The notes: generated by a model not told the origin, from the sequence alone. A stretch of 64,000 nt of DNA from Octopus vulgaris (GCA_951406725.2 OX597817.1:134106001-134170000), one strand, 5' to 3'. Shown: positions 1-11,766, counted from the first letter of the stretch. A program made the numbers and translations.

Positions 1-228
1 CCTCGTATATATGTATGTGTATGTATTTTTGTGTGTCTGTTTGTCCGCCCAACATCGCTTGACAACCGATGCTGGTGTGTTTACGTCCCCGTAACTTAGC
101 GGTTCGGCAAAAGAGACCGATAAACTAAGTTGTAGGCTTATAAAGAATAAGTCCTGGGGCGATTTCCTCGACTAAAAGCAGTGCTCCAGCATGGCCGCAG
201 TCAAATGCCTGAAACAAGTGAAAGAGTA
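1..228 (+). mobile_element. SINE family A, 3' half
   Basis: cttgacaaccgatgctggtgtgtttacgtccccgtaacttagcggttcggcaaaagagaccgat...gtgctccagcatggccgcagtcaaatg recurs more than 15 times in the window; full copies are at 40066 and 43920. Confidence 0.9.
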
Positions 229-627
229 CTCCTGTAATGTGCACTAAGTCTTTATCTTTTATGGTTTTATCAATGTGATCATCATCCATTCCCTCTTTTT
301 GTCAATTGATATCATACTTTTCGATGACTATGAAACCGATTAGAAATATTAATCCGTCTACCAATTTTCCATTCCCACCCAACTTTTTTCCAAATATAGC
401 CCAGCATTCCTACGTTTATCTAAATTCTTCTATTCAAAAATCAAGTCGACACTGTCTCAGAATACGGCTAACTTGGAGTCCTTCATCACCTGGTATCTCT
501 CTCTCTCTCTTTAATTAAATAAATACTGACGGGTGGAGGTGATGTACGTTTCTGCTGGACGGTCACTGCTTAATGAGATCAATACACCGGTAGTCAGATT
601 TTTGTATCCTACTTAAATCCCCTTATT

Positions 628-1000
628 TGTTTGTCGTTAGATTGTGGCCATGTTGGGTCACCGCCTTGAGGAATTTTAGTTAAACAAGTTGACCTCATGA
701 ATGTTTTAAAATCAGGTACTTATTCTATCAGTGTCTTTTGTCGAACTACTAAGTTACGGGCCGTAACCCCACTAACACCAGTTGTCAAGTGGTGGTCGCG
801 GATAGACACACGGACGCACACATATATATACTCACGACGGGCTTCTTTCAGTTTCCATCTGCCAAGTCTCTTCAGAAGGCTTTGGTCAGCCCGAAGCTAT
901 ACTAGAAGACATTTACCCAAATTTCCACTGTAGTGGGATTGAAACCGGAACCGCTTGGTTGGGAAGCAAGCTTCCTACCAAGCAGCGAGGCTTGCACCTA
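628..1000 (-). mobile_element. SINE family A, near full length
   Basis: Reverse complement of the copy at 40066-40500, including the tRNA-like head (gggattgaaaccggaaccgcttggttgggaagcaagctt). Confidence 0.85.
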
Positions 1001-1429
1001 AGCATAGGAATAATTATCTCCTCTTTCGGCCGTTTGTCTTCTTGTTGGAGAGAGACGTAGAATATTTTTCAAATGCGCCTAAACAGTGCAAATGTCGTAG
1101 ATTTTCATGACCTCCACATTCTATACCGGATGAAAGGCTGTATCCCTCTACTCCTTTTTAAAAACTTCACCTGAGATGGAATGGTTTCTCGTATCTATGT
1201 TTTCTCGTATCTAATAGCCACAGCAAGGTAAACCTTGATCTTTTTATGGCTTCGAGCAGAAAGGCCATTGTCTATTGGCACTCTTAAGTGACCCCTGACT
1301 GCTAGGATGACAGCTAAAGCTTATCCCCATACTGAAGACATGGCTTCAATGCTTGTAACAGAATAGACTCGAACATCAGGTAGGAGTGTGAAGCCGCGAG
1401 ACTGGTGAAAACTACGGGATTTCATAGTT

Positions 1430-1620
1430 TCCAGACGCCAAGTCTTTCGCTCGACGTGCTAACGATTCTACCAACGCGCCGCCTTAAATAATGATAATTC
1501 TTTTTACGATAGGCACAAGGCCTGACATCTTGTGGGACAGGCTACCCCCCCCCCCAGTACTCAAGTGATTAACACCGAAAGGAAAAAGGCAAAGTTGATC
1601 TGTTGGTATTTAGAATTAGC
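1430..1620 (-). mobile_element. SINE family B fragments (head, then tail of a second copy)
   Basis: gtgctaacgattctaccaacgcgccgcctt and ataggcacaaggcctg match the reverse complement of the copy at 44682-44900. Confidence 0.7.
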
Positions 1621-2889
1621 AGTCAGTAGGGTACAACTCGTACTATTTTATTATAAACCTCTGTTGGTTCAATTCATACCATGGTCAACTTTTTATCATC
1701 GTTCAGGGATATCTTGAATAAGGCACCAGTCATACACTATTCCATGAGATCGCGTGTACCCTACAGAAAACTCTTACCCTTTTGCCAATGTCAGAAATCA
1801 CTAGAGTGTTGCAAGTTATCACAATACGCATGACGCATTTAAATTGATATTTCAAGTTCTGATTTCAAATCCCGCAAGAGATTATTTAGTTTAGTATACT
1901 TTTGGTGGGAATAAAATGAATGCCAGTCAAATCAGGTCGACTTAATCGACTACCACCCACACAGCTCTTCAACACTTGCCACCTTGTACTTTTGCCATAA
2001 TTCGTTATGGTTAATTGTTGCTATAGCAACATGTTGTTTCATCAGTGAAACTTTGTGCAATTACTACTGCTCTGTTGTATGGCTCGAAGCCAACTCTGAT
2101 CCGGCAGAGCTACAATCAACACCATTCCACATTTGAACCTTTCCGCACTTCATATAACACTCGCTTAATGTATCCTTTTGTTATTAACACAAGGAGTAAT
2201 TGAAGGTAGATTTGATTGCTATTTCTAGCAGTTCAGTCTATTGTTACTGTGATGGCCATGAAGGAAACTGCTGCAAGTTAATTTTGCTCTTTGTTCGGTC
2301 GTAAATTATACAGGTTACGACTTTCTCACATGTAATACGAGTAACAACCATTGTTTTCTTTTAGATAAGGCCACTACATCATAAATAAAAGTGTGAAAAC
2401 TCTTACCACAATCAATTATTGATTGACGATGACAATCCTTTGGGGGGTTTATACGTAAAGGTCACCAGAATTGCGAGCAGCGAACAAAGAGATGCTAAAA
2501 TATACAATAAAATAATGAAATATGGCTAAAAATATCGCCAACATGAAATATGTCGTTGTTGTTGTTTGGTAAGTCACCATTTCGTAAAGCTCTGTGGAAT
2601 AGTTACATTTGTTGTCGACTTTTCCTCTTTAAACCATTTAATTTTCCGTTTATGTATTCCGTATTGCATTAGAGTAAGTCGGTGGAGCGGGGCGGTCGAC
2701 TTTTAATTCTTTCAGCTCCTATGGGGAAGACACCTTTTCAATTTTTCAATATTTCCATTTTAAATCAATTTTAATTTAATATGGCATCACTTGTTTTTAC
2801 GAAAGAGAAAAAGAATAAAGAGAGAGGAAAATCACCAGGAATCAAAACAGGAGACAGTATGTTGATTCACTTCCGTGAAAGAAGAGGGT

Positions 2890-3200
2890 GCGATCGCCAG
2901 TAAAGGCAGCATCCACCAACCTCGATGTTAAAAATAGCGAAGACAGCCTTTGGAAGATGAGTTTAGCTTTCCAGTGGCACTTTGCCCTACTGTTTACGAA
3001 AGTAACCTTGCGCAGAAGAGATCCGGCGGTCAGCCAATTGTATTGTGAGGGTCAATTCGTCTCCTATCTTTGTCAAGGTATCTGCTGTTGGAACACCATT
3101 CTCAAGAACCGCGTATGGCTGCTGGCTTTGCAACTATCTGAAGGCATCCGTCTTTATTCTTTATAAGTGTAACAGCTGGACATTTTGCTGTGAGCCACTA
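2890..3200 (-). pseudogene. Possible highly degenerate Ty3/Gypsy reverse transcriptase fragment
   Basis: Minus-strand frames read PAVTLIKNKDGCLQIV and YAVLENGVPTADTLTKIG, resembling Gypsy RT SPVVLVKKKDGSLRLC...NAVT..D.P..D.L.KLG; frameshifted with stops. Confidence 0.3.
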
Positions 3201-3204
3201 GGAA

Positions 3205-3700
3205 AGAGACAGAAGTGCTACTAAGCATTTTGTCCGACGCACTGACGATTCTACCACTACGCCACCTTTTAAAGACTTTATATTAATAATAATAATAATG
3301 ACGTTTGAAATTTTAGGAGAGAAGTCCGTTACATCGACACCAGCGGGCAACTGGTACATATTTTATCGACCAAGAAAGGATGAACGGCAAAGTCGACGTT
3401 CGCGGAACTTGAACTCAGAATATAAAGACGGATAAAATGCCGCTAAGCATTTCGCACGGCATACTAACGGTTCTGCCACCTCACCACTCTAATAGCAATA
3501 ACAATAAGACTTTCTATTTGTGGGGAGGGGACTAATCGATTACATCGACCCTAGTGTTTCACTGGTACTTAATTTATCGACCCGAAAAGGATGAAAGGTA
3601 AAGTCGACCCCGGTGGAATTTGAACTCAGAATGTAAAGACAGACAAAATGCCGCGAAGCATTTTGCTTGGCGTTCTAACGATTCCGCCACCTCGCCGCCT
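3205..3700 (-). mobile_element. Tandem cluster of SINE family B copies (Nin/Deu-type domain)
   Basis: Repeated actggtacttaatttatcgacccgaaaaggatgaaaggtaaagtcgac...gaatttgaactcagaa, separated by (AAT)n tails. Confidence 0.85.
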
Positions 3701-3711
3701 CTATCTATCTA

Positions 3712-3960
3712 TGTATGGCGGGAAAATTTCCTGAGATTCATGGACGAGTTCTCTCTAGCGGTCTTTGTTCCTCATCATCGCTGCCATGTCCTGTATCTGT
3801 CTGTACGGCATCAACATATGTCATCCTCAGTTTCTCTCTTCTCGTGTGTCCGTGTAGGGACTCCCAGAGAAGGACTGAGGGCAGTCTCATCTCTGAATGA
3901 CAGTGAGCTTGTCCAACTAAACTCAGTCTCTTCTGTTTAATTTTCAAGCTAACTATTAGG
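3712..3960 (-). pseudogene. RTE-X/RTE-type LINE, 3' end of the RT ORF
   Basis: KIKQKRLSLVGQAHCHSEMRLPSVLLWESLHGHTRREKLRMTYVDAVQTDTG matches the RTE-X C-terminus (IRxRRLxLAGHxxR...LLWEPxHGxRxRGRPxxTYxD). Confidence 0.75.
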
Positions 3961-4029
3961 AAATAGTTACCACTAAGCATTTCGTCCAGCCAACACGCCA
4001 ATGATGATGATGATAATGATAATAATAAT

Positions 4030-4230
4030 AATGGTTTCAAATTTTGCCACAAAGGCAACAGTTTTGGGGGAGGGATAAATCGATTACATTATGTTCAACT
4101 GGTACCTATTTAATCGAACCCGAAAGGATGAAAGGCAAAGTCGACCTCGGCAGAATTCAAACTCAGAACGTAGCGACGGGCGAAATACCGCTTAATATTT
4201 CGTCCAGCGTACTAACGATTCTGCCAGATC
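4030..4230 (-). mobile_element. SINE family B
   Basis: cccgaaaggatgaaaggcaaagtcgacctcggcagaattcaaactcagaacgtagc with an (AAT/GAT)n tail on its left. Confidence 0.85.
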
Positions 4231-4458
4231 ACCACCTCCAAAAGGTTTTTCTGTTAACATCAATCATAATCGTTTGTGATAAGTGGCACGCTACAAAAAT
4301 ATATTCTGTTTTAAAACTAGAAAGTAGAAAAATCCAACCATTCATAAGTATTCCGTTGAAATTCTTGTATATGGAAAGAAAATAGAGCTGGAAACCAAAC
4401 AAAAGGCGATATAAGAACTTATGTGTTCCCATACTTTGTACTATACGTGCCTAATAAT

Positions 4459-4839
4459 CCATACTGTTATAGGCACAAGGCCTGAAATTTTGGAAGAGGG
4501 CACCGGTCGATTAGATCGACCTCAGCACGCAACTAGTACTTAATTTATCAACCTCGAAAGGATGAAAGACAAATTCGACTTCGGCGGAATTTGAACTCAG
4601 AACATAGCGGCGGCCGAAATACCTTTTTCTTTACTACCCACAAGGGGACAAACAAGGACAGACAAACGGATTAAGTCGATTATATCGACCCCAGTGCGTA
4701 ACTGTACTTATTTAATCGACCCCAAAAGGATGAAAGGCAAAGTTAACTTCGGCGGAATTTGAACTCAGAGAGTTGCAGCGACCGAAATACCGCTAAACAT
4801 TTCGCCCAGCGTGCTAACGATTCAGCCAGCTCGCCGCCT
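4459..4839 (-). mobile_element. Dimeric SINE family B with a 17-bp target-site duplication
   Basis: Two body units joined by a linker; tatacgtgcctaataat occurs at 4442-4458 and 4840-4856. Confidence 0.85.
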
Positions 4840-5002
4840 TATACGTGCCTAATAATGCTAAGGTGTGCACACAGGCATACATTTATTCTATTATACACTC
4901 GCAAACACTTGTGTATACACGCCTGTTTGCAAGTTATTCTTATAGAGATTTCTCAATACTGATATAATGAACGTTTGTTTTATAAATAATCATAATTAAG
5001 TT

Positions 5003-5400
5003 GCAGGCTCGACTGTGTGATATGGGAACTTTCTTGCCAACCACGTTGTTTCGGGTTCCATCCCACTACACGGCCCATCTTGGGCAAGTGTCTTTTACTC
5101 TCTAGAACCTGGCGAAGCAAAGCCTTGTGAGTGAAGATGGTAAATAGGGAAACTGTGTATGTATATGGTGTGTGTGTGTGTCTCCCCCACCAGCACCTGG
5201 CAGACGACGTCGGTTTGTTTTCATCCTCATAATCAAGCAGTTCAATAAAATACCATAGTAGAACAAGTACAAAACTTTAAAATTCGATTTCCATGACCTA
5301 TTTTGACTGAAAAATTAGGCAATTTGTCCAACCGAATGTTTGAAGGTGGTGCTGCAGTATGGTCGCAGTCCAATGGCTGAAATAAGTACAAGACTAAAGA
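5003..5400 (+). mobile_element. SINE family A, diverged
   Basis: gcaggctcgactgtgtg...ttgggcaagtgtctt...aaagccttgtgagtg...ggtggtgctgcagtatggtcgcagtc. Confidence 0.75.
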
Positions 5401-5494
5401 TATATTTCATTTATACTTACAATAAGAATAGTAACAACAATAATGATGTTGAGTTAATTATTCATAATAATGATCTCTAATTATAATCATCATT

Positions 5495-5665
5495 TCTGCT
5501 ATAGGCACAAAGCCTGGAATTTGTGGGTGTGTGGGTGGGAGACAATTGATTACATTGACCCTAGTATTTGACTGGTATTGAATTCATCGAAAGGCAATGT
5601 CGAGTTCGGCGACTCGGAACGTAAAACGGACGAAATACTGCTAAATGACTTCTCCGGCTAACGGT
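5495..5665 (-). mobile_element. SINE family B, internally deleted
   Basis: ataggcacaaagcctgg...ttgaccctagtatttgactggta...aaggcaatgtcgag. Confidence 0.7.
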
Positions 5666-5764
5666 AATAATAATAATTTTTTTCTCTTTCTTTCACATTG
5701 ATCCTGTTGTCACCGGGGCGTGCTATGTCGATTATCATGCATGTTCTTTCAAAAATATATAAAT

Positions 5765-6083
5765 AAACAACTGTGACGATTTGAAGTGGGAAATACAGAG
5801 GTTGTGGTCAATGAGGAGAGTAGACGTGATACCAATAGTAATTGGTGTACTTGGAAAGTATCAGCACTCAGCTACCAACATGGCTCAAAAAGATTGGTGC
5901 AAGTGTGAAGGTAGAACACCTACAAAAATCAGCATTGCTTGGAACTTCAAGAATTCTTTGTAGGGTTTTTGAAGCATGACCAGTAAACAAGTGTCACCTT
6001 AGTTTGCTGGCTGTGAACAGCTGATACTTTCCATCATACCCAGCAAAATAAGCTGTGTGTTTTCATATAATAATAATAATAAT
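5765..6083 (+). pseudogene. R4/Dong-type non-LTR retrotransposon 3' end (restriction-like endonuclease C-terminus, 3' UTR, (AAT)n tail)
   Basis: DLKWEIQRLWSMRRVDVIPIVIGVLG, then after a frameshift SISTQLPTWLKKIGASVKVEHLQKSALLGTSRIL; matches the REL motif of R4/Dong/NeSL (KYxxL..E...LW...V.VIPIVIGALG...LQKxxLLGTxxILR); ends in aataataataataat. Confidence 0.85.
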
Positions 6084-6656
6084 GCCTTGATGCAGTACCA
6101 GATAATGACGCTCATGGCTTCTGATCTTAACTGATTGGAAGTGTTATCACGTCCATATTTTGTCTTGGTATAAAAGATGGGCTACAGCAAATATTCTGCT
6201 CAATACCACAGATTTGCTTGTCAGTTGTTTGATCTTATCCAGTGGAGCATGTCTCTTAGTGGCTGACGATATGTGCATCTCTGATCACGAGCAGAAGTAG
6301 TGGGGGAGTATCATAACCATGTGTTGAGAGGAATTCTTTGAGGTTTGAAGAATTCACCTCTGGAAACATGGGTGTTTCGTTCATCATCCTTAAACAACCC
6401 TTATTCAAGGACCTTTTGAAAGGGATGGGTTACTCGACCTGAAGACAATTCTAACTGAACCCTACCAGCATGGCCTTGCGCTATTTATCTGGATATGGGA
6501 TCACTATGTCACGCATATATGATTGTGATGCATGAGCCTGGTGTACCCTTATCAAACGGGTAGTCATGATGGGTATATTGGGCTTCGTCTATTTGTACCC
6601 CAGGGTTACTTTGAAGGCATGCATTGCTTTCTCACATAATAATAATAATAATAATG
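6084..6656 (+). mobile_element. Non-coding element of about 570 bp bounded by (AAT)n on both sides; probable non-autonomous TAA-targeting retroelement
   Basis: Higher GC than flanks with sharp borders at (AAT)n tracts 6067-6083 and 6637-6656; no ORF; single copy in this window. Confidence 0.5.
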
Positions 6657-6865
6657 ATCCTTTCTACTGTAGGCATACGGTTTGAAATTTTGAGGAGGGG
6701 GGCTAGTCGATTTCATCGACCACAGCACTCAGCTGGTACTCAATTTATCGTTCCCGAAATGATGAAAGGCAAAGTCGACCTCGGTGGGATTTGAACTCGG
6801 AACGTAAAGACGGGCGAAAGGCCGCTAAGCATTTTGCTCAGTGCACTAACGGTTCTGCCACCTCG
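6657..6865 (-). mobile_element. SINE family B, full length
   Basis: Reverse complement of 44682-44900. Confidence 0.9.
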
Positions 6866-6870
6866 AAATA

Positions 6871-6960
6871 CTAGTAGCAAGACTGCCCTCCGGGTGGTTT
6901 TGCTCTGGTTACCAAACGATATTTATACATTCAGTTCCTCATTTGTGTAATTTTTGATAT
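6871..6960 (-). mobile_element. Helitron 3' terminus
   Basis: Minus strand reads imperfect hairpin aaccacccggagggcagtc, then ttgcta CTAG|T; the adjacent 80 bp or so resemble 8307-8400. Confidence 0.6.
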
Positions 6961-7239
6961 GTTACGTCTACTTTATCTTTGAATCCTTCATTTGGTTAAT
7001 AGAACTTATTCGCTCAGCAAATTTAGGGCATAACTACAGAATTATGCCCCGCCGAATTTGTTTCCACATAACGTTCTGAAAAAGGGATATTTTATCAGTG
7101 AAAGTTTCGTAAAATATGTTTTAAATGGCGTAAATTACGATCATACTGGAATTTTTGCTGAAAATCTTGCGAGAAGCGTTTCGGATAATCCACACGATTT
7201 AATTCTGTTTCCACGCAGCTTTCCGAAAAATGTACATTT

Positions 7240-7739
7240 TTTTTTAATGAAATTTTCTACAAATAAGTTTCGGGTAGTTTAAATTATAATCATAGGAATT
7301 TAAGGTAGAAAAATAGGGGTGGGGAAAGATATTTCACGCATCTCGACTTTCTTTACCTCATTCCTTTGATGATTTAACGACAATAAAGTTGAAAGAATAA
7401 AATTTCAAACCAATGTGATTCTTGCTATTTCTAGCATGCGTAAAGATCACGAAGAGAGATTAAAATTTGCAATGAAATAGTAAGAGAAATATGTATTCAA
7501 TAATTAATGCTAACATTGTATTCCCCTGTCTACAAAGATTTATCTCAGAGAATTTTCGGGAAATGGTGGAATAGTTGTCAAAAGTAATTTTCTTCAACAT
7601 TTCTAATGAAATGAATAAGGAAAACAAGGTCAAGATGCATAAAATATCAGCCCCACCTTTTATTTTTCCTACATTAAATTCCGTTATAATCGTTATCTAC
7701 GCCATCTGAAAGTTATTTGTTGAGACATTCATTAAAAAT
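7240..7739. repeat. Imperfect inverted repeat, arms of about 90 bp (7240-7333 and 7643-7739)
   Basis: tttttaatgaaattttctacaaataagtttc...ggaatttaaggtagaaaaataggggtgggg aligns with the reverse complement of ccccaccttttatttttcctacattaaattcc...ttatttgttgagacattcattaaaaa. Confidence 0.7.
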
Positions 7740-8109
7740 ACTCATTTTTTGAAAGTTATAAAAAAAATCGAGTGTGGGTGGGGATACACTCGTCTAGTTA
7801 CGCCTAATTGACGTAAATGAAAACCACTTTTCTTCTTCAGCTTTTAACTCCTCAAAAAAAAAAAAAACCCAACAAATACGAAAAGATACTGGAATCAACA
7901 TAACTTGGCTGACGTTAGATTAAACTTATTTGGGGAAAGAAGCGTTGCAAATATTTGGGTAACCGTTATATTTCCAAAAGTATAAACAGACGTTAACAAG
8001 AGGCTACCCCGCAGTGAATTAAAAGGTTGCATTGAATAAAATTTGAGTTTGAGATGTGTACTTGAAAGAAATATTCAATAATAACATCTTCAAATGCGCA
8101 TTATGATGG

Positions 8110-8112
<3 letters not shown>

Positions 8113-8198
<86 letters not shown>
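8113..8198. repeat. (CA)n microsatellite
   Basis: Pure AC run. Confidence 0.98.
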
Positions 8199-8202
<4 letters not shown>

Positions 8203-8306
8203 TTTTCAGACAGTCTAGATTTTAATGATGATTTGTTTTTTGGTTTTTTTCAGTAAAAGTTACATATTCCAAACTAATTAGTAAACAGGTTTCTTTATTG
8301 TATATC

Positions 8307-8400
8307 CTAGCAGAAAGACCGCCTGCTTGGCGGTTTTCCGTTAGTCACTAGATGATATTTACATATTTGATTCCACATTTGTTAAATTCTTCTGATAATT
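8307..8400 (-). mobile_element. Helitron 3' terminus
   Basis: Minus strand reads perfect hairpin accgcc-aagca-ggcggt (8318-8334), then ctttctg CTAG. Confidence 0.65.
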
Positions 8401-9582
8401 ACATCTAATTTACCTTCGAATCTTTTATTCGTCTAAAAGTACTCACTCGCCCAGTAAATGTATTTTTTCTCTATTTTATCGCAGTCTTAATATGGCTTTT
8501 TAAAACAAACAGCAAGTTAGTCCATCTTCTACGTGATCGTTTATGATGCTAGAAACACCAGGTGTCCTGTGGATATATTCGATGGTATACAGCCATAAAA
8601 AATACCCTTTATTTTTTAAAAAATTATTTCGGTGAAGCGATTTCAAATTTCCCCTACCCTAGCAGTTAAGTTTTTCAAAATCGCTCGCTATTAAAAATCA
8701 ATCGTACAGCTGAAAAGTTTTGAAGTTCACATTTTGTTAAAGATGTATCGAAATTCTAATTTTCAAGGACTTTCTTATCTGTGGAAGCACACATACACAC
8801 ACACACGCACCACGCACGCACAGTGTTAGAAGTTGTGTACAGATATTGTATATTGAGAAAAACGAGGTCACCATCGTTTTCCGAACTTGTCAAATAAAAT
8901 TGTGAATGTGCAAACAGGTTATTCATTTATGTAAAATAGATGTTTTATTTTCGTTTTGTTTAGAAGAGGAAAACTTTTTTTCTTTGGGAGAGTTTCCAGG
9001 ACAAAGGAGATAGATAAATAGGGAGGAAGAAGGGATTTCTTTTCAATTTGACATTTATTTAGTTAGTTATTTACCATTGTATTGACATCAGTTCATGGAC
9101 GGTGACCTCTCCAAGATATCAGTTTCAGGATGAGGAATAATAATGAAAAAAGGATGGAGTGTGATCATCGATGAAAGCATTCTTGTTTTGTTTTCTTAAG
9201 GGGCCAGAAGGAAGATAAGAGTTTCCATGAAAATTTAAATATATATGTATATATGTGTGTGTTTGTGCGTGAGCTGATGTGTTTCGAAGTATGTCTATAT
9301 CTACACTGTAATTTCGATGTTTTGCATTGCAAAATAAAGTCAGGTTTCTTTTAATTTCATGTTTTTGCATGAAAAAAACATTAGTCCAATGTTTACAAAT
9401 TAGAAAACTAAAACCCAACGTCATAGAGATGAGAATCCTGTTATAGATATCGGAGCAGAAACGACAGTAATTGCGTATTTGTTTCTTTCCTTAAGGTGTC
9501 TTTCAATTTCATGTTTTGCATGAACAAACAATATTTATAAATTAGAAAAATACGTAAAGTTATGATATCTGAATGTTATATA

Positions 9583-9640
9583 CTAGACTATCCGGGCCCC
9601 GTTGGGTCACCGGAAAACTCAGTTTCCCAGCAACGAAGTT
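9583..9640 (-). mobile_element. Helitron 3' terminus
   Basis: GC hairpin tccgggccccgttgggtcaccgga (9591-9614) 4 nt from CTAG|T on the minus strand. Confidence 0.6.
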
Positions 9641-10584
9641 TTGTTTCGTGGGTTTTTTCTTTACCATGTTATTTCGCATGCATGTTTCAACGAATGTGAC
9701 ATCGAAATCACGCGTAAACGGCTCCTTTCCCCCAGAAAAGGAAAGATTTGGCTTCTATTTCTTGCACGCCCTGTTACCACGTAATAGGTATATCGGATCC
9801 TTTATTGCGAATAGCTGTTGCATAGTAGCAGGGCGTGCTAGAAATAGCAGCCAAATCTTTGGAGATGAGATAACGTTGAATGCACTCGAAAAAACCTAGG
9901 GAGAAAAACTATTTCACACCGAGGTTACGAAGTTCATGATATATATGTGTGTTTATTTATGTATGTATGTGTACATACGTATGCATATATGTATGCAGGT
10001 GTGTACATACGTATGCATGTATATACGCATGTATGTATACATGTAAGAATTTACGTATGTGTGTAGACGTGTCTGTTTGCGTGTATAAGTGTATGTATAT
10101 GTGAACGTATGTTCATGTACTGATATGTGTGTCTGTTCAAGTTGTATATGTGACTGTTACTCTGTCGAAGATTGTATTTATATATATATATATATATATA
10201 TTTACTGTAAAAAAACAAAAACAAATCGTATTTTTTCGCTGTCAAATCAGTCTAATCGAAAGGTTAGAGTGTCTTCCTTTTCGGAACATCTTCACATTAT
10301 GCCCCGTTTTGGGTAGTTATATCCCAATAACTACTGCTCCAATTTACGCGAAACTTGTTTCATTGCGTTCCTATTAACATTTCAGGGTAAACTTAATTCA
10401 TAGTATTTTCCAATTATGCGCCAGTTTGCCCGGGTAACATTGCAAGCAAGCAAAATTGAAACACACTTTAATGTATTATATATATATATATATATATATA
10501 TCTGTATGTTTATAGGGATGAGTATCATGTTTCCAATATTGGAGTTGCATTTAGTATCAAAAATGAAAATTCTCCGCTTTTCTT

Positions 10585-10872
10585 TCAGACATTCAGTTTT
10601 GGAGAGAACTTTTTGATGAAGTGTAGCTCTATTGCTCTTCGGTTTTACTGGTCTTCCCGTAAACATTTGTAAACGGGAAAGATTTTGAATTTTCCGTCGC
10701 TGCATATTTGCATATGCTTGCTTAACGGTTTCTTACGTAATTCCTCTTGTCGGATTTTCTGCTTGTGGATTCATGCAAGTTGCAGAGAGAATTATGTTTC
10801 GCCAATGTAATTTTCTCTGCAGTTGCTGCAGGTAATTCAGTATATGAAGTTCTGCGTTTTGAAGTTTATATC
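10585..10872 (-). pseudogene. Penelope-like element GIY-YIG endonuclease remnant (CCHH type)
   Basis: One minus frame missing from the ORF track: DINFKTQNFIY*ITCSNCRENYIGET*FSLQLA*IHKQKIRQEELRKKPLSKHMQICSDGKFKIFPVYKCLREDQ*NRRAIELHFIKKFSPKLN, giving GIY-CxxC-YIG, two His residues, catalytic E and PxLN. Confidence 0.85.
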
Positions 10873-10946
10873 TACATTTATTATGAACGAGAATCCGCTC
10901 TTAAATTTTATGTGGGAACCACTTTCTATGTATACACACACACACA

Positions 10947-11761
10947 CACTCATCCTTCGACTGTCGCGGGTCATATGTTCCAAAACCCTCCGTGATGGGT
11001 GAAAATCCACGAAGTAGAACTAGTACTGTACTGTGTACTGTTACTTCCGTTTTAGCGAAGGCGGAGGTATTGTTTTTCAGTCGCGTTTGTTTGTTGATTT
11101 ATTTGTCATTGGACAGGTTATCTCAAGAACCGCTGGATGGATTCGGAGGAAACTTTCAGGGATGTTTGAACTCGTGATTGGCGTTAACTAATTAGATTTT
11201 GGGATCGATTCTGTACCGGACAAGAAATCTGGATCATTTGTTATATTTACTTTACATGATTACGATCTTACGTTAACTTCCAAGTCTTTCTCAGTTATCT
11301 CCGTTTTAGGTTGTAACTATTTTGAATGGAAAATTTAACTTTGGCGTGCATTAGATAAGGATAAACTATTTATTACTGTTACTAAATTTTCTACAGTCAC
11401 CTTCACAGTCCATTAGGTTCGATCAGGTACCGGACAAGGATTCTGGATGATTCTTCAGGATTTTACTTAAATTTTGAGAGCGGTCGGGTTCATTTTTAGT
11501 ATTCTCGTTTGTGAGAGCAGTCCAGTTTATTTCAAATATTCTGATTTTAAAAGTCATCTCTGGCTAATCGTTGAGAGCTCGTTGGTGCTTGCCTTGGCGG
11601 AGGTTTGCGCTCTCTGAGTGCTCTTGTGTTTTTTTAATTATTTTTATAATTTGTATATATTTATTTTATTATAAACGGAAAACAACACCACGGAGGAATC
11701 GACGTAAGCTTAAATAATAAACCTCGATAGGTGAAATACGCTATGATGAGGGATTACTGTA
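10947..11761. mobile_element. pogo/Tigger-type MITE interrupted by a HINE
   Basis: Left end cactcatccttcgactgtcgcggg; right end reverse complement TA|cagtaatccctcatcatagcg; internal repeat c(g/t)c(g)at(g/a)ggtgaaa. Confidence 0.55.
11041..11627 (+). mobile_element. Helentron-associated non-autonomous element (HINE/DINE-1-like)
   Basis: 5' ttacttccgttttagcgaaggcggaggt with subterminal inverted repeat followed by a (GTTT)n tract; 3' ggcggaggt subterminal repeat then hairpin gcgctc-tct-gagtgc and a T-rich end. Confidence 0.7.
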
Positions 11762-11766
11762 TGTAT

